NCBI GenBank assembly: GCA_050916045.1
Contig: CP051526.1
Span: forward strand, 704,001-768,000
Length of the DNA stretch: 64,000 nt
Origin: Tepidisphaera sp.
GTDB taxonomy: Bacteria > Planctomycetota > Phycisphaerae > Phycisphaerales > UBA1924
Reading direction: 5' to 3'
This document shows positions 23,325-33,157 of the stretch, in pieces; positions within the stretch are counted from its first letter, which is position 1, and every line of letters starts with the position of its first letter. The position numbers were made by a program, and so were the translations under genes. Under the pieces are notes generated by a model. That model made no database searches, was not told the origin of the DNA, and worked only from the letters and a program-made list of their open reading frames with translations.

Positions 23325-23971
23325 GCGAGAACACCTTGCTTGCCGCATTCCGTGCAGACGGCGGAAGCGCCGCGGGGGTAGCCGCATGCGACGCACAATC
23401 CCTTCCGTGTCCGCCGCCACGCCCGGAACCCAACGGCGAAGAACCAAAGCACGCCCGCCGGCACCGCGTAGAGCACCGTGCTCGCCGCGAACGCGCCCCA
23501 GACGGGGAGGACGGGGAAGTAGGCTTGGCCGTCGGGGACGATCGAGATCCCGGCAGGGTTGGGGTGCTTGAGCAGGTTGAGCCCGGCGTATCGCAGGTCA
23601 TCTGGTCGCTGCTGCCTCGGAAGGAGCGATGAGGTCATCGGCCAGCGCGAGGACGAGAAGCGGCGCATGCACGCGATAGGCCAGCCGCTTCGGATCTCGG
23701 TCACGTTGAACGAATCCACGGAGCCGTACGCGATGAACGAGCGGATCTGGATGCCGGGGCCGTCGAGCCGCTCCGCTTGCGTCGGGGAGGCGGCTTCGGC
23801 GGGCCACGTCGGGTCGATGGGCATCGGCCACGTTCGGTTTGCAAGCGGCGAAGAGGGCCCGAGGCCCATCCCGGAGAAGCGATACTCGCAGAGCCATGAG
23901 CTTGCGACGCTGAGGAGAGCTCCTGCGAAGAGGCAAGCGATCGTCGGGAGGATGAGTCGCTTGAGGTTCAT
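23321..23971 (-). CDS. Two-TM membrane protein with C-terminal Zn ribbon (array copy 3)
   Basis: Starts MNLKRL; SGWP, FPVLPVW, RKGLCVACGYP..CTECG; ATGA overlap. Confidence 0.8.
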   Translation of the reverse strand: MNLKRLILPTIACLFAGALLSVASSWLCEYRFSGMGLGPSSPLANRTWPMPIDPTWPAEAASPTQAERLDGPGIQIRSFIAYGSVDSFNVTEIRSGWPIACMRRFSSSRWPMTSSLLPRQQRPDDLRYAGLNLLKHPNPAGISIVPDGQAYFPVLPVWGAFAASTVLYAVPAGVLWFFAVGFRAWRRTRKGLCVACGYPRGASAVCTECGKQGVLA

Positions 23972-24654
23972 GCGTGAGCCCGCTTGTGACCGCATTCCGT
24001 GCAGATCGCGGCTTGACCCATGGGGTAGCCGCACTCCGGGCAGTTTCCCCGTCGCCGCCGCATCCAGGAGCGAACCATCCCGGCACTTCGGACACACGCG
24101 ACCGCCGCACCAGCGTAGACCAAGGTGTTCACCGCGAGGCCGGGCCAGAGAGGCTTGAGCGGGACCCATACGGGCACCGCGACGGTGGTGTAGATCGCGT
24201 GCGACCGGTCGATCGCGTTCCACCCGCCGTGCCACGACAGGGCGGGCGGCTTGAGCACGGCTTTCCATGGCCGAAGCTCGTCGTAGTTCAGGTGCGACCG
24301 GGTGGCGCAGCGCATGGGCCAGCCGGCTTGCGTCTCGACCATGTCGTACGAGGTCATTCCGCCATAGCCCCCGAGCTCGATCCGGCTGATGCCCCACGCC
24401 GGCTCGCGACGGTTCACCCACGATGGTCGCTCCGGGATCGAGTCCGTCGCGGCCCAGGACGGCCACGAGGAGGCGGGGATGGGCCAGTCGAGGGTCGTGG
24501 CGGGTTGCGGCTTTCGCTCGGGGAGGATGTCCGAGTACATGACGGGCGTGCTGAGATAGACGAGAGCCCAAGCCGACAGATAGCTGAGAGCGGCGCCGAC
24601 CGCGAGAAGCCTCGCGGCGAGCCATGCGACCGGGATGAGTCGCTTGGCGGTCAT
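23968..24654 (-). CDS. Two-TM membrane protein with C-terminal Zn ribbon (array copy 2)
   Basis: Starts MTAKRL; AGWP, WHGGW, VPLKPLWPGLAVN, RRRRGNCPECGYP..CTECG; ATGA overlap. Confidence 0.8.
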   Translation of the reverse strand: MTAKRLIPVAWLAARLLAVGAALSYLSAWALVYLSTPVMYSDILPERKPQPATTLDWPIPASSWPSWAATDSIPERPSWVNRREPAWGISRIELGGYGGMTSYDMVETQAGWPMRCATRSHLNYDELRPWKAVLKPPALSWHGGWNAIDRSHAIYTTVAVPVWVPLKPLWPGLAVNTLVYAGAAVACVRSAGMVRSWMRRRRGNCPECGYPMGQAAICTECGHKRAHA

Positions 24655-25328
24655 GGCCGGGGGGCGGCTCCGCATTCGGAACAGACGGGGCCGACGCCGA
24701 TGGGGTACCCGCACGCTTCGCAGCAGCCTCGCCGCCGACGCCGAGCGCGTCGAATGCGGCCAACCCCGAACGCGACAAAGTACAAACTCCCGCCGTAGAA
24801 CATGGAGTTCACCGCGAGGCCGAACCAAACGGGTTGCACCGGAAAGTAAACCGGCTCCGGCCGGGTCCAGGTGTTGGTTGGAGCTTTGTCGACCAGGTTC
24901 CACCCTGCGTACCAGGGTCGATCGTTCTCCCGCGATCCGGCCGGAATGGTCTTCGGAAGGGGCATGACGGTGTCTGAGACCGTGAACCGCGCTGCGCAGC
25001 CCATCGGCCAGCCGGACCGAGATTCCTTCACGAACCATGTCGTGCCATTCTGACTCCCGAGTCCGAGCGTCACGCGAGCGCCCAACGCGGGGCGGTAGGT
25101 GAAGACGGTGGAGGGCCGCTCGGGTCGGTCCGCTCCCTCTGTCCACGCGGGCCATTCCGAGATCGAAAGCGGCCACCCTCTTCCCTCCTCATGAACGACG
25201 GCGGAACCGGCGTTGAATGGCGTAGGGGGCGTGTTGAGGTACTCCGCTCCCCACGCGACGGCGAAGCTGACGAGCGCGCCGACGAGCAGACACCCCGCCA
25301 TCGTCAAGCCCATCGTGATTGTGGTCAT
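24651..25328 (-). CDS. Two-TM membrane protein with C-terminal Zn ribbon (array copy 1)
   Basis: SGWP, WYAGW, FPVQPVWFGLAVN, RRRRRGCCEACGYP..CSECG; RBS GGAGG. Confidence 0.8.
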   Translation of the reverse strand: MTTITMGLTMAGCLLVGALVSFAVAWGAEYLNTPPTPFNAGSAVVHEEGRGWPLSISEWPAWTEGADRPERPSTVFTYRPALGARVTLGLGSQNGTTWFVKESRSGWPMGCAARFTVSDTVMPLPKTIPAGSRENDRPWYAGWNLVDKAPTNTWTRPEPVYFPVQPVWFGLAVNSMFYGGSLYFVAFGVGRIRRARRRRRGCCEACGYPIGVGPVCSECGAAPRP

Positions 25329-25365
25329 GCGTGAGCCTCCGATGAATCAGCTCGCCCGCTCGCTC

Positions 25366-26655
25366 CTAATCCGGATCCACCGCTTCCACAAGCCCCAGCA
25401 CCACCGTGTTCGTCACCAGCCAGCCCTTATCCGTCAAGCTCCAGCGCGCGGAGGTCTCTTTCAGTTCGCCGGTTGCCACCAGCCGGTTCGCCGCTTGCCT
25501 TAATTCCTGGCCGGATCCCGGGCGGAGGCGGTTCGCTTCCGCGATCGCGGCCGCTCCGTCGAGGCCTTCGCTGATCCGCACGCCGGTCATGATTTTCTCG
25601 ACCAGCGCCCGCAGGGCGTCGGGTCCTTCGACATCGACGGCTCCGGGTAAACCCGTGGGGCTTTCCTTGAGGTAGTCATCGAGCCGGGGCACGTTCTTCC
25701 ACCGCCATGCTCCGGGCGTGCCGGAGGGGTCCATCAGCCGGATGTGGCCGCTTGCGCTCGGCCCCGCCGCGAGCCATTCCTCCTGCCGCCAGTAGGCGAG
25801 GTTGTGCTGGCTTTCGCAACCGGGCTTGGCGAAGTTGCTCACCTCGTACCGGTCCATCCCTGCGGTACGGACGTGGCGGAGTGTCGCGTGGAACATCTCG
25901 ACCTCGACCTCTTCCTCCGCGGGGATGAAGTGGCCGAGTTCGAGTCGCTTGGTCATCGCGGTGTTGGGCTCGTACGTCAGGTTGTAGCAGGAGAGGTGCT
26001 CGGTGCCGATCGAGAGCGCCGTGCGAAGGTCACTCTCCCAGTCCGCAAGCGTCTGCCCCGGGATGCCGAAAATAAGATCCATCGACTGGCGGGGGATCCC
26101 GGCGGCGCGGGCCAGGTCGATCGCTTTCGCGACGTTCGCCGGGTCGTGCCAGCGTTCAAGCGTCTTGAGGTGCACGGGATTGAACGATTGAGCCCCCACG
26201 CTCACCCGGTCCACACCGCCGCTACGGAGCGTTTCCATCAGTTCCGCTGAGACCGTCTCGGGATTGCACTCGACCGTGAACTCGCCCCGGCCCGCGCGGA
26301 TCTCGGAGAGGTCGAACCGATCGGCGAGTGTCGCGAGGAGCCGCTTCCAGTGCTCGACGGCGAGCAAGCTGGGCGTCCCGCCCCCGACGAAGATCGTCCG
26401 GAGGGGCTTGCCCACCGCGAACGGGGCCAAAGCCGCAAGCTCCGCGAGCAGCCGGTCGGTGAACGTCGCTTGCCGGTCCCGGGTGTCGACCAAGCTGTAG
26501 AAGTCGCAGTAGTGGCACTTGTGGAAGCAGAACGGGACGTGGATGTAAAGCGAGCGGGCGGGGCCCTCCGCCGACGCGCGTCCGCTTGCAAGCGGATGCG
26601 GCAGCGCCCCGGCGGCGGGCGAGAGAACGGGGATCGAGTGGTTCGGCGAGGGCAA
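25366..26655 (-). CDS. hemW: Radical SAM heme chaperone HemW (HemN-like)
   Basis: LYIHVPFCFHKCHYCDF, TIFVGGGTPS, ECNP, YEVSNFA, HNLAYW; TTG start after GGAG is tentative. Confidence 0.9.
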   Translation of the reverse strand: MPSPNHSIPVLSPAAGALPHPLASGRASAEGPARSLYIHVPFCFHKCHYCDFYSLVDTRDRQATFTDRLLAELAALAPFAVGKPLRTIFVGGGTPSLLAVEHWKRLLATLADRFDLSEIRAGRGEFTVECNPETVSAELMETLRSGGVDRVSVGAQSFNPVHLKTLERWHDPANVAKAIDLARAAGIPRQSMDLIFGIPGQTLADWESDLRTALSIGTEHLSCYNLTYEPNTAMTKRLELGHFIPAEEEVEVEMFHATLRHVRTAGMDRYEVSNFAKPGCESQHNLAYWRQEEWLAAGPSASGHIRLMDPSGTPGAWRWKNVPRLDDYLKESPTGLPGAVDVEGPDALRALVEKIMTGVRISEGLDGAAAIAEANRLRPGSGQELRQAANRLVATGELKETSARWSLTDKGWLVTNTVVLGLVEAVDPD

Positions 26656-26849
26656 ACGGTGCTCCGACCAAGCGGGGTGCGGGTTCAGCGGCCTGCCGAC
26701 GGGATCGAGCAAGCGGCGGGGGGACTTCGGGAGCCGGGGCACGGAAGGGGCCGCTGCCGTGGTCCAAGGTCGGGTACGATTGGGTGGCCTGTCTGGGGGG
26801 GCAGGTCGGAAACGCAGGAGCCTTCGGGGGCACGGAAAGGATACTCGTC

Positions 26850-27395
26850 GTGAACGCTTCACTCGTCTTTGTCATGCCCGATGGCTCACAGAAAGAAGTC
26901 TCCCTCAAGAAGTCGCGTCTGGTCGTCGGACGGCAGGAGGGCGTGCAGATCCGCCTGAACAGCGCTTCGATCTCACGCCAGCACTGCGAATTCATGGTGG
27001 ATGACGCCGGGCTCGCGATCAAGGACCTGGGCTCGAGCAACGGCACGTTCGTCAACAAGCGTCGGATCACCCAGACCGTGCTGGCCGCCGGCGACATCGT
27101 CGGGATCGGGAATCACGTCCTGGTCGTTCGCATCGACGGAGCCCCGGGGAAGATCGACTCGGCGGACGTCACCCGCCGAGGCTTGGTCGCGCCCGCTTCC
27201 CCCTCGCCCAGCTCGCTGGGGAGCGCCGGGGTCGCGGTCGCCAAGCCCAAAGCTGCCGCGGCCCGACCCGCCGGGGACGACGAACTCCTCGATGAGGACA
27301 ACAAAGCCCGTGAAAAGGGCGGTGACAGCGACTCTTCCAGCGAATGGGATTTCGACTTCCTGGACGGCAAGGACAAGGACCTGCCCAAGCTCTGA
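26850..27395 (+). CDS. FHA domain protein
   Basis: VVGR, ISRQHC, DLGSSNGTFVN; acidic tail; GTG after AAGGA. Confidence 0.9.
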   Translation: MNASLVFVMPDGSQKEVSLKKSRLVVGRQEGVQIRLNSASISRQHCEFMVDDAGLAIKDLGSSNGTFVNKRRITQTVLAAGDIVGIGNHVLVVRIDGAPGKIDSADVTRRGLVAPASPSPSSLGSAGVAVAKPKAAAARPAGDDELLDEDNKAREKGGDSDSSSEWDFDFLDGKDKDLPKL

Positions 27396-27427
27396 CCGGC
27401 ACCCGGCCGCAAAGCCGGGCCGCGGGC

Positions 27428-27616
27428 TCAGGCGGCTCCCTTGTCCTTCTTCTCCGCCGGAGGCTCGGTGGCTTTCGCGGGCGGAGCGGCCGGAATGCGG
27501 ATGCTCGTCGTGCAGCCCTTGCACCTGACGGTCTTGCCCCGGGCCGATTGCGGCACCGCCAGCACCAACCGGCAGTTCAGGTTCGGACACATGATGCGGA
27601 GATGATCGTTCGGCAT
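27428..27616 (-). CDS. Small zinc-finger-like protein
   Basis: IMCPNLNC..LAVP..ARGKTVRCKGC..IRIP. Confidence 0.7.
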   Translation of the reverse strand: MPNDHLRIMCPNLNCRLVLAVPQSARGKTVRCKGCTTSIRIPAAPPAKATEPPAEKKDKGAA

Positions 27617-27763
27617 GGATTTCCCATGGCCAGCATCGGCCCGCGCGGGCCGAGGCTTGAGCCTGCCCGAGACTCTTCCGCCCGTCCGTGACCTTGAAGC
27701 CCGAGAACCCTAACGTTCTCTCTTGTGGCCGGGCCCACCCCGGCGAACGTTCCGGAGCCACCG

Positions 27764-29104
27764 ATGTCGCAGTCAGTCCCCTCCCAAGCTCAGTGCACCG
27801 CCGTCGTCGGACTCCAGTGGGGAGACGAAGGAAAGGGCAAGATCGTCGACCTGCTCGCACGTGACCACGATGGCGTCGTCCGATACAACGGCGGCGCCAA
27901 CGCGGGCCACTCCGTCGTGATCAAGGGCGAGCGCTATGCCCTGCACCTCATCCCCGCGGGCATCCTGACCCCCGGCAAGCTTGCGGTCATCGGCAATGGC
28001 GTCGTGATCGACCCCGAGTGGCTCTTGAAGGAGATCGACACCGTCAAGAGCCGCGGCGTCGATATGTCGGGCCTCATCATCTCCTCGCGGGCCCACGTCG
28101 TCATGCCCTATCACAAGGACGAGGACGGCTTCCGTGAGGATGTCCTCAAGCGGGCGGGCTCGCAGCGCCCCGTCGGGTCCGGCGAGGGCCAGACGGAGAT
28201 CGGCACCACCAAGCGCGGCATCGGCCCGGCGTACGCGGACAAAGCCCAGCGGGCGACGGCCATCCGCATGGGCGATCTGCTCCGCCCCGACACCCTTCGA
28301 GCCAAGGTGCAGCTCGCCTGTGCGCTCAAGCAGGCCATGCTCCACGATCTCTCCGGCGGCGTGCACAAGCTCGACGCCGAGGACATCGTCGCCCGTGCCC
28401 TCGCGGCGGGGGAGAAGCTCGGTCCGATGATCCGCGACACGACGTACCTGCTTCACGAAATGCTGGGTGCCGGCAAGAAGGTGCTCTTCGAATCGGCCAA
28501 CGGCACGCTTCTGGACGTCGACCACGGGACGTATCCGTACGTGACAGCGTCGTCGTGCGCGATCAGCGGGATCGGGCCGGGCACGGGCGTTCCGGTGCAG
28601 CGCGTGGGGCGGGTGCTGGGCGTGATGAAGGCGTATTCGACGCGTGTGGGCTCGGGCCCGATGCCGACGGAGCTTTTCGACGCGACGGCGGACGGGATCC
28701 GGACGCGGGGCCGCGAGTTTGGCACGACGACGGGCCGGCCGCGCCGCGTGGGCTGGCTTGACTTGGTCGCCGTGAAGTACTCGACGATGATCAACGGCGT
28801 TTCGGGGCTTTGCCTGACGCTTTTGGATGTGCTTTCGGGGGTCGATGAGCTCAAGGTCTGCACGGCGTACGAGATCGACGGTCAGCGGACGGACCGGTTC
28901 CTGCCCGACGGGGCGGATCTGGCCCGCGCCAAGCCGATTTTCACGACCCTTCCGGGGTTCCCCGAAGCCGTGGGGGCCGCAAAGCAGCTCTCGGACCTCC
29001 CGGCCGCGGCGCGAAAGTACATCGACTTCATTCAGAATCACACGGGTGTGCCGATGGCGATTGTCTCTGTCGGCCCCGACCGCGAACAGACGATGATGGT
29101 CTGA
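27764..29104 (+). CDS. purA: Adenylosuccinate synthetase
   Basis: GLQWGDEGKGK, GGANAGH, IGTTKRGIGPAY, GTYPYVT, EFGTTTGRPRR, SVGPDREQT. Confidence 0.98.
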   Translation: MSQSVPSQAQCTAVVGLQWGDEGKGKIVDLLARDHDGVVRYNGGANAGHSVVIKGERYALHLIPAGILTPGKLAVIGNGVVIDPEWLLKEIDTVKSRGVDMSGLIISSRAHVVMPYHKDEDGFREDVLKRAGSQRPVGSGEGQTEIGTTKRGIGPAYADKAQRATAIRMGDLLRPDTLRAKVQLACALKQAMLHDLSGGVHKLDAEDIVARALAAGEKLGPMIRDTTYLLHEMLGAGKKVLFESANGTLLDVDHGTYPYVTASSCAISGIGPGTGVPVQRVGRVLGVMKAYSTRVGSGPMPTELFDATADGIRTRGREFGTTTGRPRRVGWLDLVAVKYSTMINGVSGLCLTLLDVLSGVDELKVCTAYEIDGQRTDRFLPDGADLARAKPIFTTLPGFPEAVGAAKQLSDLPAAARKYIDFIQNHTGVPMAIVSVGPDREQTMMV

Positions 29105-29121
29105 CGTAACGAGCGGATCCC

Positions 29122-29952
29122 ATGCCCCAGGCACCGCCTGCCATCCCGACCTCGCCGCACCTCAGCGACCCCACGGCGGTCGCGGCGGCGGAAGCGATCC
29201 GCGCGCGGGTCCCCCGGGCCGATCCTCTGCGGTACCTTCCCGACGTTCACCCCCTCCGGATCCCCAGGCACATCGCTGTGATCATGGACGGCAACGGCCG
29301 CTGGGCGAAAGCACGCGGGTTTGACCGCACGTTCGGCCACCGCAACGGCGCTCGCGTCGTGCGGGAGACGCTCGAGGAGTGCGTTCGCGTGGGCGTCGAG
29401 GTGCTGACGCTTTATTCCTTCAGCCAAGAGAACTGGAAGCGTCCCGCGGACGAGGTTGCAGCGCTGATGATGCTCTGCGAGACGTACCTGGCGGGGGAAC
29501 GCGACCACATGGTCCGCGAGGGGATCCGGTTTCGGATGATCGGCGATCGCGAGGGGCTTCCGGCGTCCGTCCGCGAAGCGATCGAGCAGACGGAACGGGC
29601 GACCGCTCGCTCGGACGGCACCATGCTCGTGCTGGCGCTCAATTACGGCAGTCGGTCGGAGATCACCCGTGCCGCCCGGACGCTGGCCGAGCGGGTCGAA
29701 TCGGGGACGCTCCGCCCGGACCAGATCACGCCGGAACTGCTGGATTCGGCGCTGGACACGGCGGGGATGCCCGACCCGGACCTGCTGATCCGGACGGCGG
29801 GGGAGATGCGGGTGTCGAACTACCTGCTTTGGCAGATCAGCTACGCCGAGTTTCACGTGACGCAGACACTCTGGCCGGATTTCGGTCCTTCGGACCTTCA
29901 CGCGGCGATCCGCGACTATGCGGGGCGGAACCGGAAATTCGGCGGGCTCTGA
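29122..29952 (+). CDS. uppS: Undecaprenyl diphosphate synthase (cis-prenyltransferase)
   Basis: PRHIAVIMDGNGRWA, YSFSQENWKRP, ALNYG, DPDLLIRTAGEMRVSNYLLWQ, RKFGG. Confidence 0.96.
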   Translation: MPQAPPAIPTSPHLSDPTAVAAAEAIRARVPRADPLRYLPDVHPLRIPRHIAVIMDGNGRWAKARGFDRTFGHRNGARVVRETLEECVRVGVEVLTLYSFSQENWKRPADEVAALMMLCETYLAGERDHMVREGIRFRMIGDREGLPASVREAIEQTERATARSDGTMLVLALNYGSRSEITRAARTLAERVESGTLRPDQITPELLDSALDTAGMPDPDLLIRTAGEMRVSNYLLWQISYAEFHVTQTLWPDFGPSDLHAAIRDYAGRNRKFGGL

Positions 29953-30038
29953 GGGCACTTTAGAGGGCGTTTCCGGCCTCGGGCTTGCCCCGGGGGGCTC
30001 TCCGCTCCCGGGTGCGGAGTCCTGTATGATGGCGCTCG

Positions 30039-31454
30039 ATGCGACACTACGACCTTTGCGTCATTGGCAGCGGCCCCGCGGGGCAGCGGGCCGCGATCCA
30101 GGCTTCCAAGCTCGGCAAGTCCGTCTGCGTCGTTGAGCGACGGGAGGTCGTCGGCGGCGTCGCGATCAACACCGGCACCATCCCGAGCAAAGCCATGCGC
30201 GAAGCGATCCTCCGCGCCGGCGGCCACAAAGCCGCGATGCCCACCGTCACCGACTTCTTCTCCGCTCGAAACGCCCTCTTCACCAGCCTCTTGGGCTCCT
30301 GCCAGGAGGTGATCAAAGCCGAGGTCGAGCTCGTCCGGGGCCACTTTGATCGAAACGGCGTCGACATCGTCACCGGCGTGGGCCAGTTCCGCGATGAGCA
30401 CACCATCGACGCCATCGGCGAGAACGCCACCACCACCCTCACCGCCGACTTCGTCATGATCGGCGTGGGCACCAACCCGTCCAAGCCCGGCAGCATGCCC
30501 TTTGACGGCAAGACCGTCATCTCCAGCGATGAGATCCTCAAGCTCCCATACCTGCCCAAGAGCATGATCGTCGTCGGCGGCGGCGTCATCGGCACCGAGT
30601 ACGCTTCGATGCTTCAGGCGCTGGGCGTCAAGGTCACGCTCATCGAGGGCCGCACGCGGCTCCTTGATTTCGTCGATTCCGAGATCGTCGAAGCCCTCCA
30701 GTACCACCTTCGAAGCAACGGCGCGACCCTCCGCATGGGCGAGAAGGTCGTCACCGTCCGTCTGGTCGAGCCTCTGTCGGGTGTCCGCACGCCCAGCGGC
30801 TCGCAGGTCGAAGCCGTGCTCGAATCAGGGAAAGCCATCCGGGCCGACTGCCTCCTCTACGCGGTCGGGCGGCAAGGCGCGACCGACGGCCTGAACCTCG
30901 GCGCCGCCGGACTCGCCGTCGACAACCGCGGCCGCATCAAGGTGAACCAGTTCTACCAGACCGACGTGCCGCACATCTACGCCGCGGGCGACGTCATCGG
31001 ATTCCCCGCCCTCGCGAGCACCAGCCTTGAGCAGGGCCGCCAGGCCGCGTGCCACATGTTCAAGCATCCGTTCGAGCGGGTCGAGGAGACGCTCCCCTAC
31101 GGCATCTATTCCATCCCCGAAATCTCGATGGTCGGCTGGACCGAAGAACGCCTCACCGCCGAAGGGATCCCCTACGAGTCCGGCATCGCGCACTACCGCG
31201 AGATCGCCCGCGGCCAGCTCCTCGGCGATGAGATCGGCATGCTCAAGCTCCTGATCCATCAGGACAGCCACGTCATCCTCGGCGTCCACATCATCGGCAC
31301 CGGCGCGACCGAGCTCGTCCACATCGGCCAGAGCGCGATCGCTTTCAAAGCCTCGGTCGAGCACTTCGTCAACACCGTCTTCAACTACCCCACGCTCGCC
31401 GAGTGCTACAAGACCGCGGCGTTCAACGCCCTGAACAAGCTCCGCGCGGTCTGA
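30039..31454 (+). CDS. sthA: Soluble pyridine nucleotide transhydrogenase
   Basis: IGSGPAG, GTIPSK, GGGVIGTEYAS, GDVIGFPALASTS, GIYSIPEIS, FNYPTLAECYK. Confidence 0.9.
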   Translation: MRHYDLCVIGSGPAGQRAAIQASKLGKSVCVVERREVVGGVAINTGTIPSKAMREAILRAGGHKAAMPTVTDFFSARNALFTSLLGSCQEVIKAEVELVRGHFDRNGVDIVTGVGQFRDEHTIDAIGENATTTLTADFVMIGVGTNPSKPGSMPFDGKTVISSDEILKLPYLPKSMIVVGGGVIGTEYASMLQALGVKVTLIEGRTRLLDFVDSEIVEALQYHLRSNGATLRMGEKVVTVRLVEPLSGVRTPSGSQVEAVLESGKAIRADCLLYAVGRQGATDGLNLGAAGLAVDNRGRIKVNQFYQTDVPHIYAAGDVIGFPALASTSLEQGRQAACHMFKHPFERVEETLPYGIYSIPEISMVGWTEERLTAEGIPYESGIAHYREIARGQLLGDEIGMLKLLIHQDSHVILGVHIIGTGATELVHIGQSAIAFKASVEHFVNTVFNYPTLAECYKTAAFNALNKLRAV

Positions 31455-31486
31455 ACGGTTGTGGTCGGCGTGACCGCGCGAAGCCC

Positions 31487-32173
31487 TCACGTCAATGAGG
31501 CCAGACGTTCCCTGAGCAACCTCTGCAACGACGCGGCGACCTCGCGCTTGACCTCGTCCATCGTCGGGCACCGATCGCCGAGCAGAGCGTTCAAGCTCGT
31601 CACGGGCCGCGAGAGGCCGCACGGCACGATCAATCCGAAGTGCGTCATGTCCGGATCGACGTTGAGGCCCAGGCCGTGCATCGACACCCACCGCCGGACC
31701 CGCACGCCGAAAGCACAGAGCTTGGCCGCGCCTGAGCCGTCCCCGACCCAGACGCCCGTCGCCGTCGCGTCGCGATCGCCGACGATCCCCCAACGGGCCG
31801 CCGCGTCGATCACCGACTGTTCCAAAAGCCGCATGTACTCGTGCAAGCCGAGCTTGAGCAGGTTCAGGTCCAGGATCGCGTACCCGACAAGCTGGCCCGG
31901 CCCGTGGTAGGTCACATCGCCGCCCCGGTCCGTCTCGCGGACCTCAACCCCCATCCGAGAGAAGAGCTCCGGCGAACCCACCACGTTGCCGGCGGCGCTT
32001 GCGCGACGGCTGACGGTCACGACGGGGTCGTGCTCGAGCAGGAAGAGGGTGCCGACCCGGGGCCGGCCTGCTTCGCGGTCGGCGAGCACGGCGGCCGCTT
32101 CGGCTTCCTGCCGCTCGTACGCGGCGGCGTAGCCGATCCTGCCAAGATCCATGACGCGGAGCGTGTCATCCAC
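31487..32173 (-). CDS. lipB: Octanoyltransferase LipB
   Basis: LEHDPV, RGGDVTYHGPGQLVGY, KLCAFG, HGLGLNV, IVPCGL; start could be 32152. Confidence 0.95.
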   Translation of the reverse strand: MDDTLRVMDLGRIGYAAAYERQEAEAAAVLADREAGRPRVGTLFLLEHDPVVTVSRRASAAGNVVGSPELFSRMGVEVRETDRGGDVTYHGPGQLVGYAILDLNLLKLGLHEYMRLLEQSVIDAAARWGIVGDRDATATGVWVGDGSGAAKLCAFGVRVRRWVSMHGLGLNVDPDMTHFGLIVPCGLSRPVTSLNALLGDRCPTMDEVKREVAASLQRLLRERLASLT

Positions 32174-32234
32174 GACCGATGGTAGTGGGGCGGCGGCGGC
32201 GTTCCGGGCGCTCCGAGCCCGCAATAATGCCCCC

Positions 32235-33104
32235 ATGCCCATGATCCACCCCTCGGCCGTGATTGACTCCAAAGCCGAGATTGCGTCAGATGTCGAGATC
32301 GGCCCGTTCTGCTGCGTCGAAGGCCCGGTGAAGCTGGCTTCCGGCGTGCGGCTGGTGTCGCACGTCCACCTGAACGGCCCGCTCGAAATCGGTCAGGGCA
32401 CCGTCCTCTATCCCCATGTGACGCTGGGCCAGCTCCCGCAGGACTTCAAGTTCTCCCGCGGGATGCCCACCGCGGGTGTGAAGGTCGGCTCGGGGTGCAT
32501 TCTCCGCGAGGGCGTCACGCTCCACGCCGCGACCAAGCCTGACATCCCGACCTCCGTCGGTGACCGCGTCCTGATGATGGTGAACTCGCACGCCGGCCAC
32601 GATGCCAAGATCGGGAGCGACGTCATCCTCGCCAACGGGGCCCTCCTCGGCGGGCACGCCAGCGTCGGCGACAAAGCCAACATCTCCGGCAACGTCGCGA
32701 TCCACCAGTTCAACCGCGTCGGCCGCTTGGCGTTCGTCTCGGGCGGGTCTGCGGTCTCGACCGATGTGCCTCCGTTCTGCGTCGCCTGGGGCCGCAACCG
32801 CTTGCACGCGGTGAACCTCGTGGGCATGCGTCGCAACGGGTTCCCGCGCGAGCACATCCAGAAGGTTCTGTGGGCGTTCATCAAGGTCTTCCGCGCCAGC
32901 TTGCCGCGGCCGGAGATGCTCCAGATCCTCGACGAGATGGGCCAGGACTGCCCGCCGGTTGCCGAGATGGCCCAGTTCGTCCGCGAAGCCAAGAAGCCCA
33001 TCTGCGCCGGCCTCGGCCGTCCCAGCCGCGACCTCATCGCCCTTTGGCGTGCGGTCAAGTCCGGTAAACTCGGAGCGCCGGCCGAAGACGAGCCGCTCGC
33101 CTGA
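32235..33104 (+). CDS. lpxA: Acyl-ACP--UDP-N-acetylglucosamine O-acyltransferase
   Basis: IHPSAVID, hexapeptide repeats, PQDFKF, H.GHD, IHQF, DVPPF, NLVGMRR. Confidence 0.92.
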   Translation: MPMIHPSAVIDSKAEIASDVEIGPFCCVEGPVKLASGVRLVSHVHLNGPLEIGQGTVLYPHVTLGQLPQDFKFSRGMPTAGVKVGSGCILREGVTLHAATKPDIPTSVGDRVLMMVNSHAGHDAKIGSDVILANGALLGGHASVGDKANISGNVAIHQFNRVGRLAFVSGGSAVSTDVPPFCVAWGRNRLHAVNLVGMRRNGFPREHIQKVLWAFIKVFRASLPRPEMLQILDEMGQDCPPVAEMAQFVREAKKPICAGLGRPSRDLIALWRAVKSGKLGAPAEDEPLA

Positions 33105-33157
33105 TTCTTGCGGTGGATTTGCTTTGCGTGGGGCCCGATCCCACATAACATACTCAC

